From: an uncultured delta proteobacterium
GTDB lineage: Bacteria > Desulfobacterota > Binatia > UBA9968
Direction of reading: 5' to 3'
DNA length: 64,000 bases
Assembly: GCA_963745835.1 (NCBI GenBank)
Contig: CAVUZH010000018.1
Coordinates: 256,001 to 320,000 of the forward strand
Positions 20,779 to 30,522 of the stretch are shown one piece after another; position 1 is the stretch's first letter, and every line of letters starts with the position of its first letter. The notes beneath the pieces are model-generated. The model was not told the origin of the DNA and made no database searches. It was given only the letters and a program-made list of their open reading frames with translations. Both the position numbers and the translations under genes were made by a program.

Positions 20779-20915
20779 TGCCAACCAAAGTTCGACGATC
20801 AATCGCGCCCATCAGGGAACATGCGCCGGACAAGCAAGACGGTCGGTTGCGTTAGGGCGGTCAACGGCACTCCTAAAAGCATTAACGCACTACCTTGCCT
20901 GCAGACCACGCCACG

Positions 20916-21365
20916 ATGGTCATCGAGTTCGCCCGCCGAGGCGCCGGCAGGGAATTTCCCACCGCAAATCTCAAGAAAATTGCCGCCGCAATCTTGACAG
21001 CCCTTGAACAGCGCGAGTCGGAACTCAGTGTGGCTCTGGTAGGCGACCGGGAAATGCGCCCGCTCAACGCCAAGTACCGCAAGGAAAACAAGACCACAGA
21101 CGTACTTTCATTTCCGGCTGATCCTGCGCTGCCTGCACAAGCGGGCTTGCTCGGGGATGTCATCATTTCCGTCGAGCAAGCCAAGCGTCAGGCCAGAGAC
21201 CGTAAAACATCGCTAGAAATAGAAATGGTCACTTTGTTGATTCACGGGGTTCTTCATCTTTTGGGCTATGATCACGAACGTTCGCAGCGACAGGCAAAGA
21301 TTATGGCGACCCTCGAGCAAAAAATCCTAAGTCACCTTTGTGAGCGCGGCCTAATCAAGCTATAA
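20916..21365 (+). CDS. ybeY: rRNA maturation RNase YbeY
   Basis: TDVLSFP, LGDVIIS, IHGVLHLLGYDH. Confidence 0.96.
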   Translation: MVIEFARRGAGREFPTANLKKIAAAILTALEQRESELSVALVGDREMRPLNAKYRKENKTTDVLSFPADPALPAQAGLLGDVIISVEQAKRQARDRKTSLEIEMVTLLIHGVLHLLGYDHERSQRQAKIMATLEQKILSHLCERGLIKL

Positions 21366-21374
21366 TTCAAAGTC

Positions 21375-21553
21375 GAGCAGGCTGTCTAAAAGCATAGGCT
21401 TGGTTGCGCTTGATTGCGCTCACCTAGAGTTCGTGTTTCGTGTTCGTGCTCGTTCGAAATTCTCGCTCACGTTTTTCACGGACAGGATCACGAGTATTCC
21501 GCCTCTGAGTCCTTTGAGCAGCCGGCAATCAGAGTTTTTCAGCAATCTGACAG
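21375..21553 (-). mobile_element. MITE-like element, copy 3, with a replaced or inserted interior
   Basis: Ends match copy 2 reversed (CAGGCTG..AAAAGCATAGGCTTGGTTGCGCT ... CGCCTCTGAG..TTTGAGCAGCC..AATCAGAGTTTTTCA); interior carries TTCGTG repeats. Confidence 0.6.
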
Positions 21554-21605
21554 CGCAGATGCAGAATTCCGGAATCAGTATTTAGCCGACCAAGGGCGAG
21601 GGCCG

Positions 21606-22716
21606 ATGTTAGAAGAAACCAAAGAGCAATTGGTGCAACTGGAACAAAGACTCGATAAGCTTCGGAGGCGTCTTTGACGTCGAAAGCAAACAGAAGCGTC
21701 TCGAGGAACTAACTCAAATCACTTCCCAGCCTGATTTCTGGAACGACGCCGACAAAGCTCAGACGATATTCAAAGAGCAGTCCTTTCTTAAAACTGTCAT
21801 AGAAAATTGGGAGAAACACCGAACGGGCCTCGAAGAGGCTCGTTTTTTTCTTGACCTTGCCGGCGAAGGGGAGGGCGACGAGGCTTTGCAAGAAGCGGCA
21901 GCCAAAGTCGCAGAAGTAACTCAGGGAATGGCTGAGACCGAGCTCGCGCAGATCCTTGGCGGTGCCGATGATCGGCGCAATGCGATCGTCACGCTTCATC
22001 CTGGCGCCGGCGGCACCGAGGCTCAGGATTGGGCGGAAATCTTGCTGCGCATGTATTTCCGCTGGGCCGATCGCCGTGGCTACCGCAAGGAAATTCTCGA
22101 ATACCAACCAGGCGAAGAAGCAGGTTTAAAGAGCGTCACCTTCAGTGTCGAAGGCGACTACGCCTACGGCTACCTGAAAGCGGAAGCCGGCATTCACCGG
22201 CTGGTGCGAATCTCCCCTTTTGACGCCAATTCGCGGCGTCATACTTCATTTGCTTCGGTGTTCGTCTATCCGGAAGTGGATGACACCATCAAAGTGGAAG
22301 TTGACGAAGCCGATTTGCGTGTCGACACTTACCGCTCCAGCGGCGCTGGCGGGCAGCACGTCAATAAAACCGATTCCGCCGTGCGCCTCACCCATCTCCC
22401 CACCGGCATTGTGGTCGCGTGTCAGAACGAACGCTCGCAGCACAAGAACCGGGCGATGGCCATGAAGATATTAAAATCTCGGCTTTACGAATTGGAGCTC
22501 GAGAAGCAAAAAGAAAAAATGGATACCTTGCACAAGACTAAAAAGGATAACGCCTGGGGCAGCCAGATCAGGTCCTATGTGCTGCATCCTTACCGGTTGG
22601 TTAAAGATCATCGCACCAATATCGAAATCGGCAACGCCGATGCGGTGCTCGACGGCGATATCGATCCATTTATTCAAGCCTACTTACTGCACGACAGTGA
22701 TTCGCCGGCCGCTTGA
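21606..22716 (+). CDS. prfB: Peptide chain release factor 2 with programmed +1 frameshift
   Basis: GGAGGCGT-CTT-TGA-C at 21664-21678; SPF and GGQ motifs in the +1 frame. Confidence 0.97.
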
Positions 22717-23173
22717 GTTCCCACTGATATCTAACGGTGACGAACGCCGAAGGCGGGTTATCACGGCAACCATCTGTTTACTTCGGCTGTAATTTTCTCT
22801 TCTTGAAGAACTGAATATGGCTCAGCGCGTCGGACCGGCGAAGTGAAAGCTGTTTACGAGAACACGCTCGCCGGAGTTCGACTATCGGTACTGTAGAGGA
22901 GAGGGAATAAGCTTCCTCCGAGCGTGAGAATCTTCGGCCTCTGTTCGCCGCTGCTTGAAGCTCACGTCGGTTTTGACATAGGTATTTATCGATCGGGTGC
23001 CGGGGTGGGCGGCGCGAAGAAGACTCATCGCGACGCAGATAGCCCGCACTGAGCACAACAATTCGGCTTTGAATAGCGGAACCAATGCACGGCATTTGCG
23101 AACTAGAAATCATCTTTGACAGAATAGCGAGGATTATTTTATGCGCGGAATAACTCCAAGACGGGAACAAGGC

Positions 23174-24046
23174 ATGGCCGATCCGGTCTTGGCCGAAATG
23201 GTTCATGCCACGGGGGCAACCGAGTCACGCCACTTTGCGGCGGTGAAACCGGTCATTCAAGCTTATCGCGCCAGTTGGGTTAAACTGGCGCCCTATCGTG
23301 ATGGTCCGGTGAATTCGCAGCGGGTGACAGTCAGCGATCCGGCGGCGATGACCGCGCAGATCAAGAGCAAGGCAAAGGAACTGGGCACCGACATGGTTGG
23401 CGTCTGCCGCTTGCAGCCGCATATGATCGATCTCGGCTCGGAGGTGGTCCATGAGTTCGTGATCGCCTGCTGCGTCGCGGAAGATTATGAAAAAGTTATT
23501 CACGGGCCGGATGCGGTCGAGGAAGAAGCGATGCGGACATACGCCAAGTGCACAGAGATCGCTACGGCGCTAGCCGCCTACATACGCCAGATCGGATATC
23601 CCGCGATCGCGCACCACAATGGCGCCAGCGAAGTTCAGGCGATTCCGATTTTCTACCAGGTGGGATTCGGCGAGCTCGGGCGCCATGGCAGTTTGATCAA
23701 CGAAGAATTCGGCGCAAGCTTTCGGCCGGGATTCGTGACCACCGACTTGCCGCTGGTGGAAGATCAGCCGCGCGAGTTTGGCGTTCAGGACTTCTGCATG
23801 CACTGCAATGTATGCCAGCGCAACTGTCCCGGCGATGCAATCCCCCAGGATCACGTGATGACGCATGGTATCAAGCGTTGGCTGATCGATCTAGAAAAAT
23901 GCTACCCATACTCCCGGCTGCGCGACGAGTATTGTCATCTGTGCGTCGATGTCTGCCCGTACATCGTGAAGTCGCATCCGGAAACCTATAAAACGTTCAT
24001 GAAAGAGCGCAAGCAAGTGGGCTACAAAACGCCGAAGACTTATTAA
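23174..24046 (+). CDS. Reductive dehalogenase/QueG-like cobalamin and 2x[4Fe-4S] protein
   Basis: AKELGTDMVG, GFGELGRHGSLINEEFG, VTTDLPL, CMHCNVCQRNCP, C..CHLCVDVCP. Confidence 0.82.
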   Translation: MADPVLAEMVHATGATESRHFAAVKPVIQAYRASWVKLAPYRDGPVNSQRVTVSDPAAMTAQIKSKAKELGTDMVGVCRLQPHMIDLGSEVVHEFVIACCVAEDYEKVIHGPDAVEEEAMRTYAKCTEIATALAAYIRQIGYPAIAHHNGASEVQAIPIFYQVGFGELGRHGSLINEEFGASFRPGFVTTDLPLVEDQPREFGVQDFCMHCNVCQRNCPGDAIPQDHVMTHGIKRWLIDLEKCYPYSRLRDEYCHLCVDVCPYIVKSHPETYKTFMKERKQVGYKTPKTY

Positions 24047-24052
24047 ATCTTC

Positions 24053-24262
24053 ATGGAAAAACTTTACGTCAACGAGATCCGTCCGGATGGCGCAGTGAGC
24101 ACCGTTGGGCTGTTCTATTCGCGAGCGGAGGCTGAGAAGATCGTCGTCATGCTGCGCGATATTCCCGAGCAGGCTGCCTGCCGCTACGAAATCGTTCAAG
24201 CGGTGCGTCATGTGTTAGCCGAGAAGGGCGCGCGGCGAGCACAGACCCCGCCGGAGGAGTGA
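24053..24262 (+). CDS. Small hypothetical protein
   Basis: 69-aa ORF starting 6 nt after the previous stop. Confidence 0.6.
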   Translation: MEKLYVNEIRPDGAVSTVGLFYSRAEAEKIVVMLRDIPEQAACRYEIVQAVRHVLAEKGARRAQTPPEE

Positions 24263-24264
24263 TC

Positions 24265-24354
24265 ATGCCCTATATCAAAACGATTCTACCGTCAGAGGCG
24301 ACTGGCAAGCTCAAGAAAATCTATGAATCCGGCGCCGGACCATCGGCGGGGTGA
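24265..24354 (+). pseudogene. N-terminal remnant of an AhpD/peroxidase-related gene
   Basis: GGAGGAG RBS then MPYIKTILPSEATGKLKKIYE, stopping after 29 codons. Confidence 0.6.
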
Positions 24355-24367
24355 TTCCGTGACGAGC

Positions 24368-25180
24368 TTAACTTGGCCTGGATTTTTCTCTCGCGAGAGC
24401 CAGCAACTCATCCATGGGCATCTCGGACGCGAGGATGCAGATCACATCGCCCTCGCGGTGGAGAACGGCATTGATCCCCGCCCGCGAGAAGGCATAAAGA
24501 TTCATGTTCATATCCGGATCAAAAAACTTCGCTGCGTTGGCCGGAGCATCCGCTTCGGATCCGAGGAAGGTGTAGCACAACAGCGAACCTCCTTCGCCCT
24601 GATAGATCGCGACCAGGATCTTGCGTCCGTCAATTTCCCGGACGACGCCCGCAACCGGTCTCATATTCATCGCCGAGAGATCGTATCCCATGGGGTGGAA
24701 GCGTCCATCCACCGCTTGAGTCAGCCGTCTAACAATATCATCGCTGTTTGACGTGCGATCGAAAGGCAGTTTGCCCTGCCTGAACGAATCGTAAGTTTCG
24801 AAAGCAGCCAAGGCGACAGGCTGAGAGATCCGATTGGATAAATAGTAGGTCGGAAGAATCAGTAGCACCAGAAAAGCTAGCGCCAACCCGGCCTGGTAAA
24901 CAGGAGAGCGGTGCCATAGGTTTTCTAACCATCGTCGCGCCAATACTCTGTTCTCAGGAAAGATTCGCCGGTCCGTAAGGATCCTGCTGCGCAACAGCGC
25001 AGGCGCATGCATGCGCTCGCCGGTTTGGCGTATGTTTCGCTTCAGAGCAAGCTCATCTTCAAACGCCAGCCGGCAGCCGGAGCACTCATCCATGTGAGCT
25101 TTCAGTGACGATCGCTCTGCCTGATCCAGTTCTTGATCCACCAGCGCGGTAATCAGTTCTTGTGCTTCGTCGCAGTTCAT
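24368..25180 (-). CDS. Zinc-binding (zf-HC2) transmembrane anti-sigma factor
   Basis: MNCDEAQELITALVDQEL..HMDECSGC, one TM segment, periplasmic domain; coupled to the ECF gene. Confidence 0.9.
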   Translation of the reverse strand: MNCDEAQELITALVDQELDQAERSSLKAHMDECSGCRLAFEDELALKRNIRQTGERMHAPALLRSRILTDRRIFPENRVLARRWLENLWHRSPVYQAGLALAFLVLLILPTYYLSNRISQPVALAAFETYDSFRQGKLPFDRTSNSDDIVRRLTQAVDGRFHPMGYDLSAMNMRPVAGVVREIDGRKILVAIYQGEGGSLLCYTFLGSEADAPANAAKFFDPDMNMNLYAFSRAGINAVLHREGDVICILASEMPMDELLALAREKSRPS

Positions 25181-25181
25181 T

Positions 25182-25751
25182 TCACTTGAGTTTTTCTTGT
25201 TCCCCGACAACATACGCTCTCAGGAATTTTCGCATTAGTTTTCTTCCCCGAGAGAGCCGCGAGCGGACCGTGCCGATAGGGCATGACATTATCAGCGCAG
25301 CCTCTTCGTAGGAGAAATCGCCGACATCCACCAAAACAATCGGTGTGCGAAACTCCTCCGGGATTTTCTTCAGAACCGCGCTGATTTGATCGTCGAGTTC
25401 CCGGGTCAAAACGGTGCGCTCCGGTCCGGGATTCTGCGCTGCGAGACCCTCCCAATAGTCGGCTTGCGGCTCCGCTAATTCTTCTGTGGAGACCCATCGT
25501 TGCTTGCGGCGGGTATGATCGAAAAAAAAGTTGCGCAGGATCGTTGTCAGCCATGCTTTCATATTGCTTGCCGGCTCGAACTGTTCGTAAGCAGCAAGCG
25601 CGCGCGCAAACGTTTCCTGCACTAGATCCTCGGCGTCCGATTCGTTCTTTGTCAGAAAAAACGCCACCCGATACAAATGATCGAGGTGAACCATGGCCTC
25701 ACTTGCAACAGCATCCCGCTTGGCGCCTCCTGTTTTCCGGTCCCCGGACAC
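25182..25751 (-). CDS. ECF sigma factor (SigR/SigH-like)
   Basis: HLDHLYRVA, DAEDLVQETF, KAWLTTI, FSYEEAA..CPIGTVRSRLSRGR. Confidence 0.93.
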   Translation of the reverse strand: MSGDRKTGGAKRDAVASEAMVHLDHLYRVAFFLTKNESDAEDLVQETFARALAAYEQFEPASNMKAWLTTILRNFFFDHTRRKQRWVSTEELAEPQADYWEGLAAQNPGPERTVLTRELDDQISAVLKKIPEEFRTPIVLVDVGDFSYEEAALIMSCPIGTVRSRLSRGRKLMRKFLRAYVVGEQEKLK

Positions 25752-25896
25752 GCGGGCATTCTATAGATCAGTCACTGTCTAAACAACATAACGTTTTACC
25801 GGGTTTCGAGTTCCCGATGATGCTCGGACCGTGGCCGACGTCCGTCGCCACTTCAGTTACGTCTGGAGCTATTTCTTGTACACGGCGTTGTAAGTG

Positions 25897-25922
25897 GGAA
25901 CTTTTTGCTTCCTCGCCAGTTT
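25897..25922 (+). promoter_or_regulatory. Putative ECF promoter GGAAC-N17-GTTT
   Basis: GGAAC 25897-25901, 17-nt spacer, GTTT 25919-25922; upstream of the MXKDX/arsM operon. Confidence 0.6.
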
Positions 25923-25982
25923 CAACAGGTACGAAAGCTTCGATATCCGAAGCCGGTAAACAACCGAGGAGGGAGAATAGTC

Positions 25983-26220
25983 ATGAAAAATACACGAGAT
26001 TTGGGGTTAGCGTTGCTAAATAGCAAGCGCGCTGATCGGTGCACCGATTTCCGCGCAGGAGAAGGGTGGGACGAAGGATGAGAAGGGCATGACAAAGGAC
26101 GAGAAAGGGATGATGAAGGATGACAAGGACACGATGATGAAAGACAAAATGAAAGCCGAAAAGAAGGGTCAGGCCGGAAAGACAGATGATAAGATGAAGA
26201 TGAACGAGAAAAAGCAATAG
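25983..26220 (+). pseudogene. Secreted Met-rich MXKDX-repeat peptide, 1-nt frameshift in the signal peptide
   Basis: MKNTRDLGLALL / IASALIGAPISAQEKGGTKDEKGMTKDEKGMMKDDKDTMMKDKMK...; extra A at about 26018-26020. Confidence 0.75.
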
Positions 26221-26358
26221 CATCGGCTCTTGCTTTGCCGGTATCGGTTTCTGGACGCGGTGCGCGTCGGGCAACCGAGTCCAGGCACCGTCTTGCGTCC
26301 TACTCGGGAAGATGATTTTGTTTCAACCACCGTTTCTGTGCCGAACTGAGGGGACGAT

Positions 26359-27549
26359 ATGGAAGAGAAGAATGTTAGTGCAATCGACGGAACGAGCGAC
26401 AATGTTGAAGCCGCAGTGCTGCAGCGTTACGGCAACGCGGCGCAAGAGGTCGAAGCCTGTTTGTGCCTGCCGGTCAGCTACGACCAAGCTCTATTGAACG
26501 TCATCCCTGACGAGATCATCGAAAGAGACTACGGCTGCGGCGATCCCACCCGGCACGTCCGCCAAGGTGAGACCGTGCTCGATCTGGGCTCGGGCAGCGG
26601 CAAAGCCTGCTACATCATCGCTCAGATCGTCGGCGCTGAGGGCAAAGTCATTGGCGTGGATTTCAATCCGCCTATGCTCGATCTCGCGCGCAAATACCAA
26701 AAGTCGATCGGCGATCAGCTCGGTTATCATAATGTCGAGTTTCGCCGCGGTAGAATTCAGGATCTTAGAACTAATCTGGAGCTAATCGATCTATTCTTGC
26801 AGGAAAACCCGGTGCGATCGGTGGCGGATCTCGCGCGCTTGGAAAGCTTTCAGCACACGGTTCGTGATGAACAGCCTTTGATCGCCGATGAGTCCATCGA
26901 CGTGATCGTTTCCAATTGTGTCCTCAACCTGGTTCGGCCGAACGATAAGAAATCTCTGTTCGCCGAGATGTACCGCGTGCTTAAGCATCGCGGCAGAGTC
27001 GTGATTTCGGATATCGTCAGCGATGAGCCGGTGCCGGAACATCTGGCCAAAGATCCTGATCTATGGAGCGCGTGCGTTGCCGGCGCTTTTCTTGAAGATG
27101 AGTTTCTGCGCGCCTTCGAAGAAGCGAAGTTTTACGGCATTCACATCGAAGAGCTCCGCAGCGAGGCTTATCAGACCGTCGAAGGCATCGAGTTTCGCTC
27201 TATCACAGTGACTGCTTACAAGGGAAAAGAAGGTCCGTGCGACGAGCGGAACCAGGCAGTCGTTTACCGCGGCCCGTGGAAGCAAGTGGTCGATGACGAC
27301 GGCCACACGCTGGAGCGCGGCGCGCGCATCGCGGTTTGCGACAAGACGTTCAAGCTCTATTCCCAGCCACCGTATCAGGACCAGTTCATTCTGCTACCGC
27401 CGCGGCAAGAAGTTCCGCTCGATGAAGTCGGTCCATTCGATTGCTCGCGCGAACATAAGCGCCATCCGCGCGAGACCAAAGGCGTTGGGTACAAAGTTAC
27501 CAGCGCCGCCGCAAGCGCCAGCACGCCGGGCTCGGCGTGCTGTCCATAG
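26359..27549 (+). CDS. arsM: Arsenite S-adenosylmethionine methyltransferase
   Basis: CLCLP, DYGCGDP, VLDLGSGSG, SNCVLNL, WSACVAGA, C-terminal CC. Confidence 0.85.
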   Translation: MEEKNVSAIDGTSDNVEAAVLQRYGNAAQEVEACLCLPVSYDQALLNVIPDEIIERDYGCGDPTRHVRQGETVLDLGSGSGKACYIIAQIVGAEGKVIGVDFNPPMLDLARKYQKSIGDQLGYHNVEFRRGRIQDLRTNLELIDLFLQENPVRSVADLARLESFQHTVRDEQPLIADESIDVIVSNCVLNLVRPNDKKSLFAEMYRVLKHRGRVVISDIVSDEPVPEHLAKDPDLWSACVAGAFLEDEFLRAFEEAKFYGIHIEELRSEAYQTVEGIEFRSITVTAYKGKEGPCDERNQAVVYRGPWKQVVDDDGHTLERGARIAVCDKTFKLYSQPPYQDQFILLPPRQEVPLDEVGPFDCSREHKRHPRETKGVGYKVTSAAASASTPGSACCP

Positions 27550-27606
27550 AAGACAGGCAGGGAAGCAAGGAGAAGGAAGACAGGGAGACAACGCGAGCAT
27601 ATGATC

Positions 27607-27648
27607 TTACCTTCCTCTCCCACCACGGGAGAGGATCAAGGTGAGAGT
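27607..27648. repeat. REP-like palindrome
   Basis: CCTCTCCC-acca-C-GGGAGAGG core; a related, more degenerate copy at about 35721-35769. Confidence 0.5.
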
Positions 27649-27657
27649 GATCTTTTT

Positions 27658-28611
27658 ATGCAACCCTTTTCCCATAAGATCCATCCTAGGAACGGCTTGA
27701 GCCGTCGCGCCATCGACACCCTGCAGGTAAACCTGGGCCGTTACTGCAATCTCGCCTGCATTCATTGCCATGTCGAATCGGGTCCGACCCGCACAGAAAT
27801 GATGAACCGGGAAACGGTCGATGCCGTGCTGCGATTTCTCGCCAGCTCGAATATTTCGGCTCTCGATATCACTGGCGGCGCGCCGGAGCTAAACCCGAAT
27901 TTCGACTATCTTGTTGAATCCGCGGTCGGTCTGGGGCGACACGTCATGGATCGCTGCAACCTGACCGTGATCTTCGAGCCTGGAAAAGATTATCTTCCTG
28001 AGTTTTTCAAGCGCCATGGCGTGGAACTCATCTGTTCGCTGCCCTGCTATTCCGAAGAGAACGTCGATCGCCAGCGCGGCAAGGGTACCTTCGAGTTGAG
28101 TATCCGCGCATTGCAAATGCTCAACGCGATTGGTTACGGCAGGGACGCTAATTTAGTTCTGAATTTGGTCTACAATCCGGTGGGCCCGCACTTGCCGCCG
28201 GCCCAGGAAAAGCTCGAACAAGATTATAAAGAGATTCTTAACGAGCAGTTTGGCGTCGTCTTCAATCAGCTTTTCTGTCTCACCAATATGCCGATCACGC
28301 GTTACGCGACGCATCTTAAATTGCGCGGCGAGTACGACTCTTACATGAACCTCCTCGAGAGCAGCTTCAACCGGTCAACGCTCGAACAGGTGATGTGCCG
28401 CAATCTTATCAGCATAGGCTGGGAAGGCCTGGTATACGATTGCGATTTCAACCAGATGCTCGATCTGCCTCTGACCGACAATGATGGAAACCGGTTGAAC
28501 ATTGCGTCGCTGACGGTTGAGCAGGTTGCCTGCCGAAAAATTATCATTGGCAATCACTGCTACGCCTGTACGGCCGGAGCGGGCAGCAGTTGTGGCGGCA
28601 CGCTGGTTTAA
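27658..28611 (+). CDS. arsS: Arsenosugar biosynthesis radical SAM protein (Cys form)
   Basis: QVNLGRYCNLACIHCHV, DITGGAPELNP, YDCDFNQML, HCYACTAGAGSSCGG. Confidence 0.92.
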   Translation: MQPFSHKIHPRNGLSRRAIDTLQVNLGRYCNLACIHCHVESGPTRTEMMNRETVDAVLRFLASSNISALDITGGAPELNPNFDYLVESAVGLGRHVMDRCNLTVIFEPGKDYLPEFFKRHGVELICSLPCYSEENVDRQRGKGTFELSIRALQMLNAIGYGRDANLVLNLVYNPVGPHLPPAQEKLEQDYKEILNEQFGVVFNQLFCLTNMPITRYATHLKLRGEYDSYMNLLESSFNRSTLEQVMCRNLISIGWEGLVYDCDFNQMLDLPLTDNDGNRLNIASLTVEQVACRKIIIGNHCYACTAGAGSSCGGTLV

Positions 28612-28629
28612 AAGGGAAGGAAAGCGACG

Positions 28630-29658
28630 GTGAAGTCCATCCTAGTAGCATTTCTCGCCCTCGCTGTGCTCTTCGCCGGATGCGGCAAACGCACGGAGGA
28701 AAAGAGCGGCGGCGCCAAGACCGTTATTCAATATGACGCGATCCCTAACTACGCGAATTGGGGCGGCGTGACCGAAGCGTACTTCAAGAAAACCGGTGTA
28801 AGGGTGCCGCCGGACATGAAAGGTTCGAGCGCGTCCATGGCCGCCTTGGAAGCCGAAAAGAACAACCCGCAAGCGGACACGGTTTACTACTCGGGCGCGA
28901 TTGGTTATCAAGCCGCAAGCAAAGGGCTGCACCAACCCTACAAGCCTTCGGGATGGGAAAAAATTCCCGATAATCTTAAAGACCCGGACGGCTTGTGGTG
29001 GACCATTCATGCCGCTCACATCGCTTTGCTGGTCAATACTTCGGCGCTCAAGGGTAAGCCGATACCTCGTTCATTCGCCGATCTGCTCAGACCGGAATAC
29101 AAAGGGATGGTTGTCTATGACGATCCGCGCATTCACGGCACCGCTTTTACGTTCGTCTATGGCATCAATCAAGTGTTGGGTGGCGGTTCGGATCTGAGCA
29201 AAGGATTCGATTACTTAAAAAAGCTCCATCCCAATATTCTCAAGTACGCCAAGGAAAACAGTTACAATGATCTCTTGCGCGGCGAGGTGCCGATCTGGAT
29301 TAACGCCGACGGCAACGGCTTGAAGGCCAAGCATGTCGACAACGCGCCGATCGAAACCGTGATACCGGAGGAGGGCGCGATCACGATGCCGCTGGTCATG
29401 GCTCTGGTCAAAGGCGCGCCGCGGCCGGTAGAGGCAAAAAAATACTTGGATTGGCTTCTCGACGAAGAGGCACAGAAGCTTATGGCCGACGCGTTTTTTC
29501 GGCCCGTTATGAACGTCGATTTGCCCGCCGACCTCCAAGCCAAGTTTCTGCCGGCGCAGGCGTATGCCAACACCCTGGTGCCGCCTCTTGCCGAGATGGC
29601 GGCAAAGGCAGATGCCATCAAGAAGCGTTGGGAGGAGGAAGTCGAGAATGGAAGGTAA
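28630..29658 (+). CDS. ABC substrate-binding lipoprotein (Fe3+/phosphonate/thiamine class)
   Basis: Lipobox FAGC, EAEKNNPQAD, DLLRPEYKG. Confidence 0.88.
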   Translation: MKSILVAFLALAVLFAGCGKRTEEKSGGAKTVIQYDAIPNYANWGGVTEAYFKKTGVRVPPDMKGSSASMAALEAEKNNPQADTVYYSGAIGYQAASKGLHQPYKPSGWEKIPDNLKDPDGLWWTIHAAHIALLVNTSALKGKPIPRSFADLLRPEYKGMVVYDDPRIHGTAFTFVYGINQVLGGGSDLSKGFDYLKKLHPNILKYAKENSYNDLLRGEVPIWINADGNGLKAKHVDNAPIETVIPEEGAITMPLVMALVKGAPRPVEAKKYLDWLLDEEAQKLMADAFFRPVMNVDLPADLQAKFLPAQAYANTLVPPLAEMAAKADAIKKRWEEEVENGR

Positions 29659-29679
29659 CGTTCAACTTAAGCCGTTGCT

Positions 29680-30522
29680 ATGAAGCGGGTTCTTTTGCGA
29701 CCCGAGCTTCTGTGCCTGCCGCTGCTCGTCGCCTTTGCCGCTCTGCTGCTTTGGCCCTTGGCTTTACTCTTTTTTGAAAGCGTCGTTAGCGGTGGGAGCG
29801 GAGCCGGGTTTACCTTGCGGCGTTATCTCGACGTGGTAACGATCCCGCGATATCGCGCGGCATTTCTTTGGTCTGTCTGTTTAAGCCTTGCCGTCGCGGT
29901 GTTCTCGACGGTAGCCTGTCTCGCGCCGGCTTGGTTGTTCGTGCGCAAGGAGTTCGCTGGCAAGCGCTGGCTTCGCGGCGCCTTTGCTCTTCCCATGTCT
30001 TTTTCAGGAGTCATCGTTGGTTTCCTGATGATCATCATGCTCGGGCGGTCCGGTTTTATCCCCGAATTGGCGCAGCGCCTCACCGGCGTGCCCTTGTTTT
30101 CGGGCGTCGCCTATCAGATTTCCGGTTTGTTTCTAGCCTATCTTTATTTCGAGATCCCGCGTGCGACCTTGACCCTGGAATCGGCATTGCGCAAATTCGA
30201 CGTCCGGCTCGAGGCAGCGGCAAAATCCCTGGGGGCCAATCGTTGGCAGCGACTCGTCTGCGTGATCCTGCCGACCATCTGGCCGGCTTTGATATCGACC
30301 TTCGCCGTCACCTTTACCGTTTCACTCGGCTCGTTTGGCGCTGCGCTGATTTTATCCACTCGTCAGGTAAATCTTTTGCCGCTGGAGATTTTCACTCAAT
30401 ATCTCGCGGTCCCGTCGGATCGCCCGGCGGCGGCGGCGATGGCCGTGATGTTGACGGGAATAGCCCTGGGAGTTAATTACGGTTTTCGCTCGTGGGTGGA
30501 AAGAGAGATTCCCCGGCGATGA
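29680..30522 (+). CDS. ABC permease 1
   Basis: Six TM segments, EAAAKSLGA loop. Confidence 0.92.
   Translation: MKRVLLRPELLCLPLLVAFAALLLWPLALLFFESVVSGGSGAGFTLRRYLDVVTIPRYRAAFLWSVCLSLAVAVFSTVACLAPAWLFVRKEFAGKRWLRGAFALPMSFSGVIVGFLMIIMLGRSGFIPELAQRLTGVPLFSGVAYQISGLFLAYLYFEIPRATLTLESALRKFDVRLEAAAKSLGANRWQRLVCVILPTIWPALISTFAVTFTVSLGSFGAALILSTRQVNLLPLEIFTQYLAVPSDRPAAAAMAVMLTGIALGVNYGFRSWVEREIPRR

Noticed and set aside
22717-23173. Cobalamin riboswitch upstream of the Rdh-like gene
   Set aside because: No recognisable B12-box or conserved core by eye; an Infernal/Rfam scan would settle it
24352-24354. Sec read-through of the short AhpD-like ORF
   Set aside because: The TGA is not in a CxxU context and the downstream sequence is the antisense of the anti-sigma gene
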